A stretch of DNA of 64,000 bases from Candidatus Latescibacterota bacterium (GTDB lineage Bacteria; Latescibacterota; UBA2968), in contig OZ242320.1 of NCBI GenBank assembly GCA_965208125.1, forward strand, positions 1,312,001 to 1,376,000, in the 5' to 3' direction. Each line of letters starts with the position of its first letter. Positions within the stretch are counted from its first letter, which is position 1. Shown piece after piece: positions 19,128 through 28,795 of this stretch. The position numbers and the translations under genes are program-made. A model generated the notes under the pieces. It was given only the letters and a program-made list of their open reading frames with translations, did no database searches and was not told where the DNA came from.

Positions 19128-21020
19128 CTAAAACTGCACATCAACCCCTCTTGTCCGAAGAGCGGGAATGTGCGTATTGCGCGATATGGCACTTAGCGGG
19201 TTATTCCTCACATCAACCCTATCGCCACTACCCAATCCCGTATTTGCAACCAATGGTGCGATATCCGAGATATTGTTTTCGCGAAGCCACAGCACTGTCA
19301 GGTTGGTCAGGGAAGACAGTGACGATATGTCCGAGATGCTGTTGAAGCGAAGATACAGATTTGTCAACCCGGTCAAGCGAGATAAGGGTGTGATATCCGA
19401 AATCCTGTTGCCGGAAAGCTCCAGCCATGCCAGCATGGTCAAGCCGGATAGAGGTGTGATGGCCGAGATACTGTTGCCGGAAAGACTCAGCCTTGTCAGA
19501 TTGGTCAAGCCGGACAGAGGTGTGATGTCCGAGATGCTGTTGCTGTTGACAAGAGTGTTATCCACAACCTCGTAACCGAGGTCCAGCACTGTTAGACCAG
19601 TTGCAAACTCAAGCCCGGTCAAATCGCTGATGTTCGAGTTCGGTGCCTCAAGGCGCGTCAAGCTCGCCATCTCGGATGGAGTGATCGGCGCACCACTCGC
19701 CTTGTTCAGACTGTCCTCAATAACAGCGCGAAGGTTCGCATCTTGGATACGCACGGTTGGAGGGGGTGATGGCGGCTGTTGCTCACAGGTAGTGTCGAAC
19801 ACATCGACAAAGAGCATAAAATCTGCCACATCTATCGTCCCATTGCTGTCCATGTCCATCAGTACGTTATACGTCGCATCACCAGATCGCTTGCCAAACA
19901 CGTCACCAAAAAGCATAAAATCTGCCATGTTGACGATCTCATTGTCGTCAAAATCGCCAGGACAAATGGACACGGGCACAAAGGAAAGCGCCGCGTTGGA
20001 CACATCCAGAGATTGTAGTCCCTCACCCGCAACAGCAAGAAAAGCACTTGTAACGCGCAGCGTGTCTTCGTCGGTCAGCACACCTGTCACCTCAAGGTCT
20101 ATTTGACCCAGATATCCTGTCATAGGTGCAGTCGCAGCATAGATAAACAGCCCACTCAGCGTCGGGTTGTCCGATACAGATAATCCGGAGTAGAGGGAAC
20201 CCCCCATCCAATCACTGCCGGATATGCTACTGATAAAATTGGCAAATGTCTTGCCCTGTAAGGCCAGTTCGAGTGTGAAAGCCTGGATGTCCTGACCTGC
20301 TGCATCGGGCACAAAAAGCTGAATTTGGAGAGTATCTCCCGGCCTATTACCCGTGAAGGTCAGCACGTTGTTGTTCTGTGCAGGACTTTCAATCTGTGTA
20401 TCGAGATGAAGAAGTGGAGACTCAACGGGCGGTGTCGGATCTGGCGGTGTCGGATCTGGCGGTGTCGGATCTGGCGGTGTCGGATCTGGCGGTGTCGGGT
20501 CAACCGTCTTAGTATTAAACATGATGGCACCTGACACGCCAGCCTTGACAACAGCTAATATAGCGTCGGGAAGACCTGAGGCCACAATACTCTCAGGATC
20601 AATACCAATGGAAAACGTCTCACCCGCTGCTATATCTCTTTTTATGGTAAACGTAATCGTCGCCAACACTGCGGGCGGAACGACCGGACCTGCTCCCGAT
20701 GCATTGACCCAAACTAAATTGCCACCAAAGTTAAACAGGCCAGTAAGATCATACCCATTGCCATTTACAGCTGTCGTAAGCTCTAAAAGATCCCCATCAA
20801 AAACAGGTGAAAAGCTGTAACTCTGCAAAGGAGGAAGGGAAATACCCGTTATGGACAATTCAACAACAACCTCCGTACCTGCTGCTCCGGAGACCACGTT
20901 TTTGGTGCCACCTGCACCAGGAACATGTTTGAACGACACTGGCGACACCTGTGCAGAAACCTGACCTGCAAACACAAGCAACGTCAGGGCGACCATTAAA
21001 AACAAATTCTTGCGTGTCAT
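19128..21020 (-). CDS. Secreted modular protein: cohesin-like domain, PTPPD linker, EF-hand/dockerin-like pair, internalin-type leucine-rich repeats
   Basis: Signal peptide; GDFDDNEIVNMADF / DMDSNGTIDVADF pair; IQDANLRAVIE LRR cap and 22-aa LxxLxLxxNxISDITPLSGL repeats. Confidence 0.8.
   Translation of the reverse strand: MTRKNLFLMVALTLLVFAGQVSAQVSPVSFKHVPGAGGTKNVVSGAAGTEVVVELSITGISLPPLQSYSFSPVFDGDLLELTTAVNGNGYDLTGLFNFGGNLVWVNASGAGPVVPPAVLATITFTIKRDIAAGETFSIGIDPESIVASGLPDAILAVVKAGVSGAIMFNTKTVDPTPPDPTPPDPTPPDPTPPDPTPPVESPLLHLDTQIESPAQNNNVLTFTGNRPGDTLQIQLFVPDAAGQDIQAFTLELALQGKTFANFISSISGSDWMGGSLYSGLSVSDNPTLSGLFIYAATAPMTGYLGQIDLEVTGVLTDEDTLRVTSAFLAVAGEGLQSLDVSNAALSFVPVSICPGDFDDNEIVNMADFMLFGDVFGKRSGDATYNVLMDMDSNGTIDVADFMLFVDVFDTTCEQQPPSPPPTVRIQDANLRAVIEDSLNKASGAPITPSEMASLTRLEAPNSNISDLTGLEFATGLTVLDLGYEVVDNTLVNSNSISDITPLSGLTNLTRLSLSGNSISAITPLSGLTMLAWLELSGNRISDITPLSRLTGLTNLYLRFNSISDISSLSSLTNLTVLWLRENNISDIAPLVANTGLGSGDRVDVRNNPLSAISRNTHIPALRTRGVDVQF
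20428..20498. repeat. 15-bp tandem repeat (4 full copies plus a partial) encoding the PTPPD linker
   Basis: GGCGGTGTCGGATCT repeated. Confidence 0.9.
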
Positions 21021-21229
21021 CTTCCAATTCCTCCCTTCAGGATACAACGACAGCGCCGTGTTGCGGATAAGGGGCAGCGAGAGCCTGCCTCGTGATGATT
21101 CTACTGAAAAAATAATTCAATAACGTTTGCAATACAATAAAATATATGGGTGCATTCCTGTGTAAAGGCAGCGGTGGGTGGCTATGCCTTAGCCATTTGC
21201 GGAATTGGATCAACTAACAGCCTCAACCA

Positions 21230-21267
21230 AACAAAAAACCCGTTCCTTATGGCGCGGGTTTTTTGTT
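21230..21267 (-). terminator. Intrinsic terminator, probably bidirectional
   Basis: AACAAAAAACCCG ... CGGGTTTTTTGTT inverted repeat just after the 21276 stop. Confidence 0.65.
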
Positions 21268-21275
21268 AAATCACC

Positions 21276-22649
21276 TTATTTTTCAGGTGGATCAGGTGGA
21301 TCAGGTGGATCAGGTGGTTCGGGTGGCGTGGGCGTTTCAGGCGCATCTATCTCTTCATCTGAATGCAAGCTCAGACTGCCCCGACCGAGTTCAATCGCAA
21401 CCTTAGTACCTCCGCCATTGAGCCGACCCGTCACAACCTGTGAAGTGCGCGACACGCCGGTAATAGACAGAGGCAGGTCGGTCTGGATACTCCCGCGCCC
21501 GACATAACCGTGTACATCGACTGCCGAACCATCGGGAATAATGAGATCAACCGCACCATCTTTATTTTGAATCGCGTAGTCATCGCCAATGGGTTTGTGT
21601 GGACGCACCGCAATATTGCTGCCGCGGCTTTGTATCATGACGCCCGCTGCGGGATTTTCAATTTCGATAGCTCCCCGGTTGGCCTGTACAGTAGTTGCAC
21701 CGGCAATATTTTTCAGGCGCGTTGTACCGCGATTATTTTTCACAACCGCACGACCACCAACCCGACCAACGTTAATCGAACCGCGGTTACTTTTTGCACT
21801 AAAATTACCTCCAACATGTTGCACCGCGACATCGCCGCGGTTCTGTTTGACCCTTATATTGCCCGACGCGCCTTCAAAAATCGTTTTACCGCGGTGATTA
21901 TTGAGATTTGCTGCACCATCAATTTGGGGAAGCGTGATATTTCCGCGACTGGCTCGCACATCGAGATCAACTTTTTCGGGATGACGCAACTCAAAGTCGA
22001 TCATCACAGATCGAATCGGATCGCCTTTTTTGCGTTTGGGCACATTGGGTCGTATCTGCACAGCATCGGATTCCCGCCGTACTTGAATATCAATTTGCTC
22101 GGCAAAAGCCTGCACCGCTTCTTCATCAGTTCCCCAAACCGAAATCGTCGCGTCAACCTGAACCTCATCGCGATCCCAAATTTTTGAAGTAACATGGCCT
22201 CTTGGCGTCCGTACGGATAGGCGATCAGAGACCTGGATCGGTGTTGTCTCAACCTGTTGTCGAACAGCTTTTTCGGGATGCTTTCTATCGCTATCTTCCA
22301 CCCATTGTGAAACGGCTTCAGACGCTGTTTGCATCGCTTCCTGAACAATCTCGCCCACATCGGGAATTGAGCGCATAGCCTCGCGCACCGCGCGTCTGGC
22401 TCTGGGCATAGACTTACGCAGGGTCTCTTGCGCTTCGCGGATGCTTTCCTGCACTTTAACCTGAATATCCGCACCGCCGCGTCGGCGTCGGCGTTGGCGC
22501 TGCCGACTTCCATTGCGTCTGCGCTGGCGACCTTCACCTCGCGGTTCTTCTGCGGTATCCCCAAGCGCATCGAGTAATTTCACTGCATCTTCTGCCGTTA
22601 TTTTTCCATCCTGAATCATCTCGAGAACCTTCATGCGTTCTTCTTTCAC
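21276..22649 (-). CDS. DUF4097 beta-strand-repeat protein with SHOCT-like N-terminus (YvlB/LiaX-like)
   Basis: MKEERMKVLEMIQDGKITAEDAVKLLDAL N-terminus, repeated xxRGxI beta motifs, Pro-rich tail encoded by a 9-bp TCAGGTGGA repeat. Confidence 0.8.
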   Translation of the reverse strand: MKEERMKVLEMIQDGKITAEDAVKLLDALGDTAEEPRGEGRQRRRNGSRQRQRRRRRGGADIQVKVQESIREAQETLRKSMPRARRAVREAMRSIPDVGEIVQEAMQTASEAVSQWVEDSDRKHPEKAVRQQVETTPIQVSDRLSVRTPRGHVTSKIWDRDEVQVDATISVWGTDEEAVQAFAEQIDIQVRRESDAVQIRPNVPKRKKGDPIRSVMIDFELRHPEKVDLDVRASRGNITLPQIDGAANLNNHRGKTIFEGASGNIRVKQNRGDVAVQHVGGNFSAKSNRGSINVGRVGGRAVVKNNRGTTRLKNIAGATTVQANRGAIEIENPAAGVMIQSRGSNIAVRPHKPIGDDYAIQNKDGAVDLIIPDGSAVDVHGYVGRGSIQTDLPLSITGVSRTSQVVTGRLNGGGTKVAIELGRGSLSLHSDEEIDAPETPTPPEPPDPPDPPDPPEK

Positions 22650-22664
22650 GATATACTCCTTTCT

Positions 22665-23054
22665 TTATTCTCTCTTCATTCTTTCGAGTTCTTCCGCTGC
22701 ATTCTCCACCGTAATCTCACCGGATTCGAGACGGTCGAGAACCTCTTGCTGGGAAGCAGTGGACAAATCCTCCCCCTCGGGATGTGTTCCCGTTGCAAAA
22801 CCGAGTTCTGCAATCACATCGTCGAGATGGTTGCGAATCGTGCTATAGGGCACGCGGAGTTCGCGCGTCATCTCTCTGACATTGCCACGCAATCGGACAA
22901 ATGTCTCGACAAAAGTCAGATTTTCGGGCGTCAGCCGGTTAAAAATCGTGGGCTGAAACTCTCCAATAACCTCACATTCACATTGCGTACAGCGAATGCG
23001 GGTGACAATCACATCATTCTGGCAGGCTGGGCATTTTTCAATAATTTTACGCAT
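22665..23054 (-). CDS. DUF2089 family protein (zinc ribbon, HTH, SHOCT-like tail)
   Basis: CPAC ... CTQC, FVRLRGNVREMTRELRVPYSTIRNHL, LESGEITVENAAEEL; RBS AAGGAG before the ATG at 23054. Confidence 0.85.
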   Translation of the reverse strand: MRKIIEKCPACQNDVIVTRIRCTQCECEVIGEFQPTIFNRLTPENLTFVETFVRLRGNVREMTRELRVPYSTIRNHLDDVIAELGFATGTHPEGEDLSTASQQEVLDRLESGEITVENAAEELERMKRE

Positions 23055-23105
23055 TTCTCTCCTTTTTTTCATTTTAGACATCATTTTTTAACAAAAAGTT
23101 TCACA

Positions 23106-23136
23106 AAAATATAAAATATTTCATATTTTCATGCAA
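23106..23136 (-). promoter_or_regulatory. Sigma70 promoter with an overlapping inverted-repeat operator for the DUF2089-DUF4097 operon
   Basis: Minus strand TTGCAT, 17 bp, TATATT; inverted repeat AAAATATAAAA-ta-TTTCATATTTT (23106-23129, one mismatch) covers the -10 and the spacer. Confidence 0.55.
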
Positions 23137-23306
23137 ATTATTTTTTACAACAACTGATCTATCAAATAAATTTGATTACATCCTTATATTTATCTAAGAC
23201 TGGATTAAGACAATAAACTTATTTGAAGGACCAAAACCTTCTCATTTGACTTTTTCTAATAATTTCTTTCCTTGTTATGTCCTCTCACCCCATAACAAGG
23301 CTCCCA

Positions 23307-25898
23307 ATGACACGCCTACTAATCGTCCTCATCGCACTGATCGGCCTGAGCACATCGGCTCAGTCTCGCGTTGACCTCAGCTATTACTTGCCCGAGGGAA
23401 CGACCTACAATCCCGACATCCCCACACCCGAAGCCTTTTTCGGATTTCAGATTGGCGATTGGCACCTGCGGCACGACCTCATCGTGAACTACATGCACGC
23501 ATTGGCCGAACGCTCCGAACGCATAGTCCTCACGCAATATGCCCAAACACACCAGCAGCGCCCCCTATTATTACTCACCATCACATCCCAGCAAAATCAC
23601 CAGAATCTCGAAACCATCCAGATACAACACCGGCAACTCACAAACCCGGACCAGTCGCCCGCGCTCGACATCAACACAATGCCCGTAGTCGTGTACATGG
23701 GATATAGCATCCACGGCAATGAACCCAGCGGCGGCAACGCCACGCCATTAATTGCATATCATCTGGCGGCGGCGCAAGGTCCTGCCATAGACAACCTGCT
23801 CGCCAACGCCGTCATCTTGCTCGATCCCGTATCCAATCCCGATGGCTTTGACCGCTTTGCACACTGGGCAAACACCCACCGCAGCAAACAACTCATTGCC
23901 GACCCCGAACACCGGGAACATCGAGAAATCTGGCCGAGCGGACGCACCAATCACTACTGGTTTGACCTCAACCGCGACTGGGTGTTTATCCAGCATCCCG
24001 AAAGCCGGGGGCGGATTGAAACCTTCCACGCGTGGAAGCCCAACATGCTCACCGATCACCATGAAATGAACACCAATTCCACTTACTTTTTTCAACCGGG
24101 CATACCCTCGCGCAACAATCCCCTCACCCCGGCACGCACCTATGAACTCACCGCTGCAATCGCCAAACGCCACGTCAGCGCGCTCAATGAAATCGGCACC
24201 CTGTATTACACGCAGGAATCATTCGACGACTTTTACATCGGCAAGGGATCGACCTATCCCGATCTCAATGGCGGCGTGGGCCTTCTCTTTGAGCAAGCCA
24301 GCGCACGCGGGCTTATACAAGAAAGCATTCACGGACCGATCTCCTTTCCCTTTGCCATACGCAATCAGGTACGAACTGCCCTATCAGCACTCAAAGCAGC
24401 CCGTGAACTGCGCACCGAACTGCTATCGCATCAACGCGATTTTTACATCTCCGCATCCCGGGACGCCACAAGTTCCGCCATCAAAGCTTATGTCTTTGGC
24501 GACCCGGATGACGTGGCGCGCACCCATCATTTTATCGACATACTCCAGCAGCACCACATACAGATTTACGACCTCGCGCGCCCCCTGCGCGTCGGCGGTC
24601 AGACCTTCCGGCCCGGCTCGTCCTATATCATTCCCACCGCGCAACCGCAATACCGCCTGCTCACCAGCCTGTTTGAACGCCGAACGACCTTTCGTGACAG
24701 CTTATTTTACGATGTCTCGGCCTGGACATTACCCCTATCTTTTAACATGCCCCTGGTCGAAATCAAATCGTCATCCCAGGAATTTATCGGCGACCTGTTG
24801 CCACCGTCTAAATTTCCTCGAGGCCGCCTGTCTGCCTTCAACCCGGAGATCAACACTTATGCGTACCTTTTTGAATGGAATGGACATTATGCACCCCGCG
24901 CACTCTACCGCCTGCAAAAAGCCGGCATAAGAGCTAAAGTAGCCTCGCGACCGTTCGGCATGCGTATTTCCTCAGACTCGGAGAATGAGCACTTATTTGA
25001 CTACGGCACCATACTCATCCCCATGGGCATTCAAAAAAATGATCCACAGGCGATTCGAAACCTCCTGCAAACAATCGCACGCGAAGATGCGCTTGAAGTA
25101 TTTGCCGTCTCCACCGGACAGACCGACAGCGGTATTGACCTGGGCAGCCCGGGGTTTGTCCCTCTCAAAACACCTCAAATAGCCCTTTTAATAGGCAAAG
25201 GCACCGATGTCTATAACGCCGGTGAAGTGTGGCATTTATTAGACCAGCGCTATAATATGTCCATCAGTCTCATAGACGTCAGCCATGTGCGCGATATAGA
25301 CCTCAATCGCTACAATACGGTAATCGCAGCAGGCGGATCTTATAGCAACCTCGACTCCACAGGTGTCAACGCCTTAAAACAGTGGCTGCGTCAGGGCAAT
25401 ACGCTCATAGCACTCAACAGTGCGGTTCGCTGGGCCATCAATTCCAAACTCGCCAGTGCCCAATTCGTCGAGCGAAATCGAGAAAATCGCAGCGAACGCA
25501 AAGCTTATATCAATGCACCCAGCGATCGGGGAGCGCAAATCATTGGCGGCGCTATCTTTCAAGTTCACCTGGATCGCACCCATCCCCTCGCCTATGGGTA
25601 TCGCAGCGATATTCTGCCGGTCTTTCGGCGCGGCACGCTCTTTATCAAACCAGTAAACCCTTATGCCACCCCTTTGCAATACACCAAACAGCCCTTACTC
25701 GCGGGTTATATCTCCGAACAGAACCACAATTACATCGCCGAATCCGCATCCACTCTCGTCGCCAAACAGGGCAATGGCCGCGTCATACTCATGCTCGACA
25801 ACCCCACCTTCCGCGCCTATTGGTACGGCACCCAAAAACTTTTTGCCAACGCCCTCTTCTTTGGCCCCACCATCCGTCTTAGCACATTGGATGAATAA
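23307..25898 (+). CDS. Secreted M14-family zinc carboxypeptidase
   Basis: Signal peptide, SIHGNE, GRTNHYWFDLNRD and DHHEM motifs. Confidence 0.9.
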   Translation: MTRLLIVLIALIGLSTSAQSRVDLSYYLPEGTTYNPDIPTPEAFFGFQIGDWHLRHDLIVNYMHALAERSERIVLTQYAQTHQQRPLLLLTITSQQNHQNLETIQIQHRQLTNPDQSPALDINTMPVVVYMGYSIHGNEPSGGNATPLIAYHLAAAQGPAIDNLLANAVILLDPVSNPDGFDRFAHWANTHRSKQLIADPEHREHREIWPSGRTNHYWFDLNRDWVFIQHPESRGRIETFHAWKPNMLTDHHEMNTNSTYFFQPGIPSRNNPLTPARTYELTAAIAKRHVSALNEIGTLYYTQESFDDFYIGKGSTYPDLNGGVGLLFEQASARGLIQESIHGPISFPFAIRNQVRTALSALKAARELRTELLSHQRDFYISASRDATSSAIKAYVFGDPDDVARTHHFIDILQQHHIQIYDLARPLRVGGQTFRPGSSYIIPTAQPQYRLLTSLFERRTTFRDSLFYDVSAWTLPLSFNMPLVEIKSSSQEFIGDLLPPSKFPRGRLSAFNPEINTYAYLFEWNGHYAPRALYRLQKAGIRAKVASRPFGMRISSDSENEHLFDYGTILIPMGIQKNDPQAIRNLLQTIAREDALEVFAVSTGQTDSGIDLGSPGFVPLKTPQIALLIGKGTDVYNAGEVWHLLDQRYNMSISLIDVSHVRDIDLNRYNTVIAAGGSYSNLDSTGVNALKQWLRQGNTLIALNSAVRWAINSKLASAQFVERNRENRSERKAYINAPSDRGAQIIGGAIFQVHLDRTHPLAYGYRSDILPVFRRGTLFIKPVNPYATPLQYTKQPLLAGYISEQNHNYIAESASTLVAKQGNGRVILMLDNPTFRAYWYGTQKLFANALFFGPTIRLSTLDE

Positions 25899-25913
25899 TC
25901 GGCGCATATCAGC

Positions 25914-25981
25914 GGGCGACCACAGGGGGTCGCCCCTACAAACCACAATATCATCGTAGGGGACGGCCCCTGTGCCGTCCC
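25914..25981. repeat. GTAG-type REP doublet
   Basis: The same two REP variants, back to back, with spacer AAACCACAATATCATC. Confidence 0.85.
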
Positions 25982-26053
25982 AGTATTCAGCGAATAAAAA
26001 AAGAGCACTGATTCTAAGAACCAGTGCTCTTTTTATTATCCGCATCACATTAT

Positions 26054-26824
26054 TCATCGTTGAATATCGTGACGTATGGCATCTCTGGGCACGGGCAAAA
26101 CAAAGTCCTTGTCGGACAGACCCGTATTAATAGCACGCGATTTGACCTGAATGAGAATGATATCCTCACCTTGCCGAATCTCGATGCGACGAGGTAGTGC
26201 AAAACCGTCATCCAGGCGATAATCAGACAGAATGCGCGCCGATACGAGTTGTCCATCGGCATTATAAACTCTTTCTTCGCGCAAAAAACCCGTACGCGCT
26301 TCAATCCAGAGACGGCGCAAATAGAGGTCGTATTGCAACTCGATAAAAATATGTTTTTCCCCGGGTTCAAAACGCACCACGCGGGAGGCATCTATGGGAG
26401 AGAGATTGGGCAAACCGAGAATGGCGCGATCATACGCATAATAGGACAAATCAACATCCGTGAGTACGTAGAGCACATCTTCGGGATTGCCCACGAGATA
26501 GCGATTCTCGCGGGGCAGGTGAACGTGCAGCGTATCATCCCGGGCACGCGCGGCCATAACCACAGTGCCGAAACCACCAACGACGAGTTTGAGATCCGAA
26601 GGAAATCGGTGACGCACAAGAGCAGAAGCCCTGCGTTCGCGCACCCCATCAATAGTGAGGTCAACGCTGGCGCGAACCTCCTGATTGTGCAAACTGTCGT
26701 AACGGGTAGCGATGAGATGGAAAAATTCGGTTGAAGAAGTAATAGGCGGCAAAAGAGCGGGGCGGTTGGCGACACAGCCAGCGATCAGAAAGAGGAGAAT
26801 AAGTAGGCATCTACGATTGTGCAT
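26054..26824 (-). CDS. Lipoprotein, DUF4292/LolA-like fold
   Basis: Lipobox LIAGC; C-terminal YRLDDGFALPRRIEI ... INTGLSDKDF pattern; follows a TPR gene. Confidence 0.65.
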   Translation of the reverse strand: MHNRRCLLILLFLIAGCVANRPALLPPITSSTEFFHLIATRYDSLHNQEVRASVDLTIDGVRERRASALVRHRFPSDLKLVVGGFGTVVMAARARDDTLHVHLPRENRYLVGNPEDVLYVLTDVDLSYYAYDRAILGLPNLSPIDASRVVRFEPGEKHIFIELQYDLYLRRLWIEARTGFLREERVYNADGQLVSARILSDYRLDDGFALPRRIEIRQGEDIILIQVKSRAINTGLSDKDFVLPVPRDAIRHDIQR

Positions 26825-26882
26825 TGAGCCTTTGGGGTGGTAGGGTGGGGTGAACTGCTGGCGCAGTTGTACACCGTTCCGT

Positions 26883-28790
26883 CTATTCGGAAGTACTCGC
26901 GTCTTTGGAAAGATTTTTGAATTTTTCCCGCAGAGTCTGGTTATCGGGATCAAATTCTATAGCGCGTTCATAATGGTGGCTCGCGCGGGAAAAATCGCCC
27001 ATTTTGTGCGCTGTGTCTCCCGCGTGCTCGTGGATGACCGCGAGATTTTCGCGCAAGCCATCTACGATCGGAGAATTGGGGTTGGTTTGGCGAAGGGTTT
27101 CTTCCTCTACGGTAAGTGCGCGGTCCAGCCAGCGCGCGGCATTTTCATACTGTTTGAGCTGATAATAGACCCAGCCGAGGCTATCGAGATACGCGCCGTT
27201 CTCAGGGTCATTTTTCAGAGCGCGTTCAATTAACTTTTTCGCTTCAGTGAGGCGTTCACCGCGCTCGGCGAGCATATACCCCAAATAATTGCTGGCCTCT
27301 GCGTGATCCTGGTCCAGTGCTAAAAGACGTTGAAATATAGCGACAGCGCGATCGAAATGTCCCGCCCGTTCAAGACTGCGCCCCAGATCAAAGAGCACAT
27401 GCTCGAGAAATTCGGGACTGTCTTCCGTATCAGCGACGAGTGGCTCCAGCAGGGGAATGGCTTTTTCCCAGTTGCGATCAAAAAGATATGTACGCGCCAG
27501 TTCGTAGCGAAAACCCGTGTGTTCTGGCCTCGCCTCAACAGCCTGTTGATAGATATTGCGCGCACTGGCAATTTCGTCCTGCCGCAGAAAAACGCGGGCG
27601 AGATCAAACGCGATTTGATCGTAATACTCGCTTTCAGGGCGCGTATCCCGATGGAGTTTTTCCAAAATCTGTTGCGCGCTCGCCCAATTTTCTTCGATCC
27701 TGTAAGAACGGGCTATGCCGAGATGATATTCTGTCTTTTCACCCTGTAAATTGGCGTGGCGATAGGTTCTGCGCGCATCTGTCGTACGATTGACATCGAG
27801 CAACAGACCGGCTTTTGTGCCCAGCAGGGTCTGATTTTCGGGATCGGTTTGCAACTGGTGATTGAGAACGCGTTCGGCCATATCGGCAAATAGCATTTTC
27901 TCGTCGTGATCGTGACGGCCCCTCACCATTCTGAGAAGCACATTGCCCAATCGATTGACCAGGTGGGTATCTGGTGGTATTTCTTCAAGAAGGCGATTTA
28001 GATAGTCTGCATGGGTGTAAATATGTACCAATTGAACCCAAACCGGAACAGTCTCCCTGGTAACGTTATAATCTTGCCGCGCGATTATCCGCCGAAAATT
28101 TTGTTCAGCAGATAGTGTATCGCCTCGAGAGAGCTGTGTTATGCCCAATTGAAAAAGGAGATCGTCGTTATTGGGATCATCTTCGAGGACATCGCGATAA
28201 ATTTGTGCTGCTTTGTCAAATGCGCGCAGCCGGTGGTAGTTTTCAGCGGCAAAGAGCTTTTCCTGCGAGCCCTGTCCCGGGACGGCAACGATGCTATCGA
28301 GCACCGTTATGACGTTGCTGCGTTGTCCCCGGGCATTGTAAATTTGGAGAAGTTGATGATAAGCACTCAGGTCTCTCGGCGCGAGCCGCACAATAGTATT
28401 TAACTGGTCAATAGCTGTGGTGGTGTCGCGCAAGCCCCGGCTGAGAGCGTGATAATAGAGCCAGCGGGTCTGCACATTTTTGGGATTAATTTGAACGGCT
28501 CGTCGCGCGGGTTCGACCGCATCTTGAAACCGCCGAACAGCATTGAGATTGCGAGCCAGTGCACTGTAAAGCGTCGCAGAAGTCGAGTCGTACTGCACAG
28601 CAGCTCGCAGTTCGGAAATAGCCCGATCGCGTTGGCCTGCGGCTTCTGCAAATCGCGCCCGCAAAAAGTGCGTAACTGCTTGGGGATGCGGAAGTGTTTT
28701 CTTTGGTACAGGCCGCAAGCTAATTTGCGGTTGCTGCGCTGTTGCACAGCCGATGAGCAATGTGAGCAAACAAAAGAATGCGTAACGCAT
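26883..28790 (-). CDS. Tetratricopeptide repeat lipoprotein
   Basis: Lipobox LLIGC, many TPR-like helices, ASNYLGYMLAE ... YLDSLGWVYY motif. Confidence 0.85.
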   Translation of the reverse strand: MRYAFFCLLTLLIGCATAQQPQISLRPVPKKTLPHPQAVTHFLRARFAEAAGQRDRAISELRAAVQYDSTSATLYSALARNLNAVRRFQDAVEPARRAVQINPKNVQTRWLYYHALSRGLRDTTTAIDQLNTIVRLAPRDLSAYHQLLQIYNARGQRSNVITVLDSIVAVPGQGSQEKLFAAENYHRLRAFDKAAQIYRDVLEDDPNNDDLLFQLGITQLSRGDTLSAEQNFRRIIARQDYNVTRETVPVWVQLVHIYTHADYLNRLLEEIPPDTHLVNRLGNVLLRMVRGRHDHDEKMLFADMAERVLNHQLQTDPENQTLLGTKAGLLLDVNRTTDARRTYRHANLQGEKTEYHLGIARSYRIEENWASAQQILEKLHRDTRPESEYYDQIAFDLARVFLRQDEIASARNIYQQAVEARPEHTGFRYELARTYLFDRNWEKAIPLLEPLVADTEDSPEFLEHVLFDLGRSLERAGHFDRAVAIFQRLLALDQDHAEASNYLGYMLAERGERLTEAKKLIERALKNDPENGAYLDSLGWVYYQLKQYENAARWLDRALTVEEETLRQTNPNSPIVDGLRENLAVIHEHAGDTAHKMGDFSRASHHYERAIEFDPDNQTLREKFKNLSKDASTSE

Positions 28791-28795
28791 GATCG

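Noticed and set aside
20428-20498. CRISPR-like or regulatory repeat
   Set aside because: Head-to-tail 15-mers without spacers, in frame within a CDS, encoding a PTPPD linker.
21030-21225. Riboswitch (for example c-di-GMP-I) upstream of the LRR gene
   Set aside because: Only short hairpins are visible and the conserved aptamer motifs could not be matched by eye; an Rfam scan would settle it.
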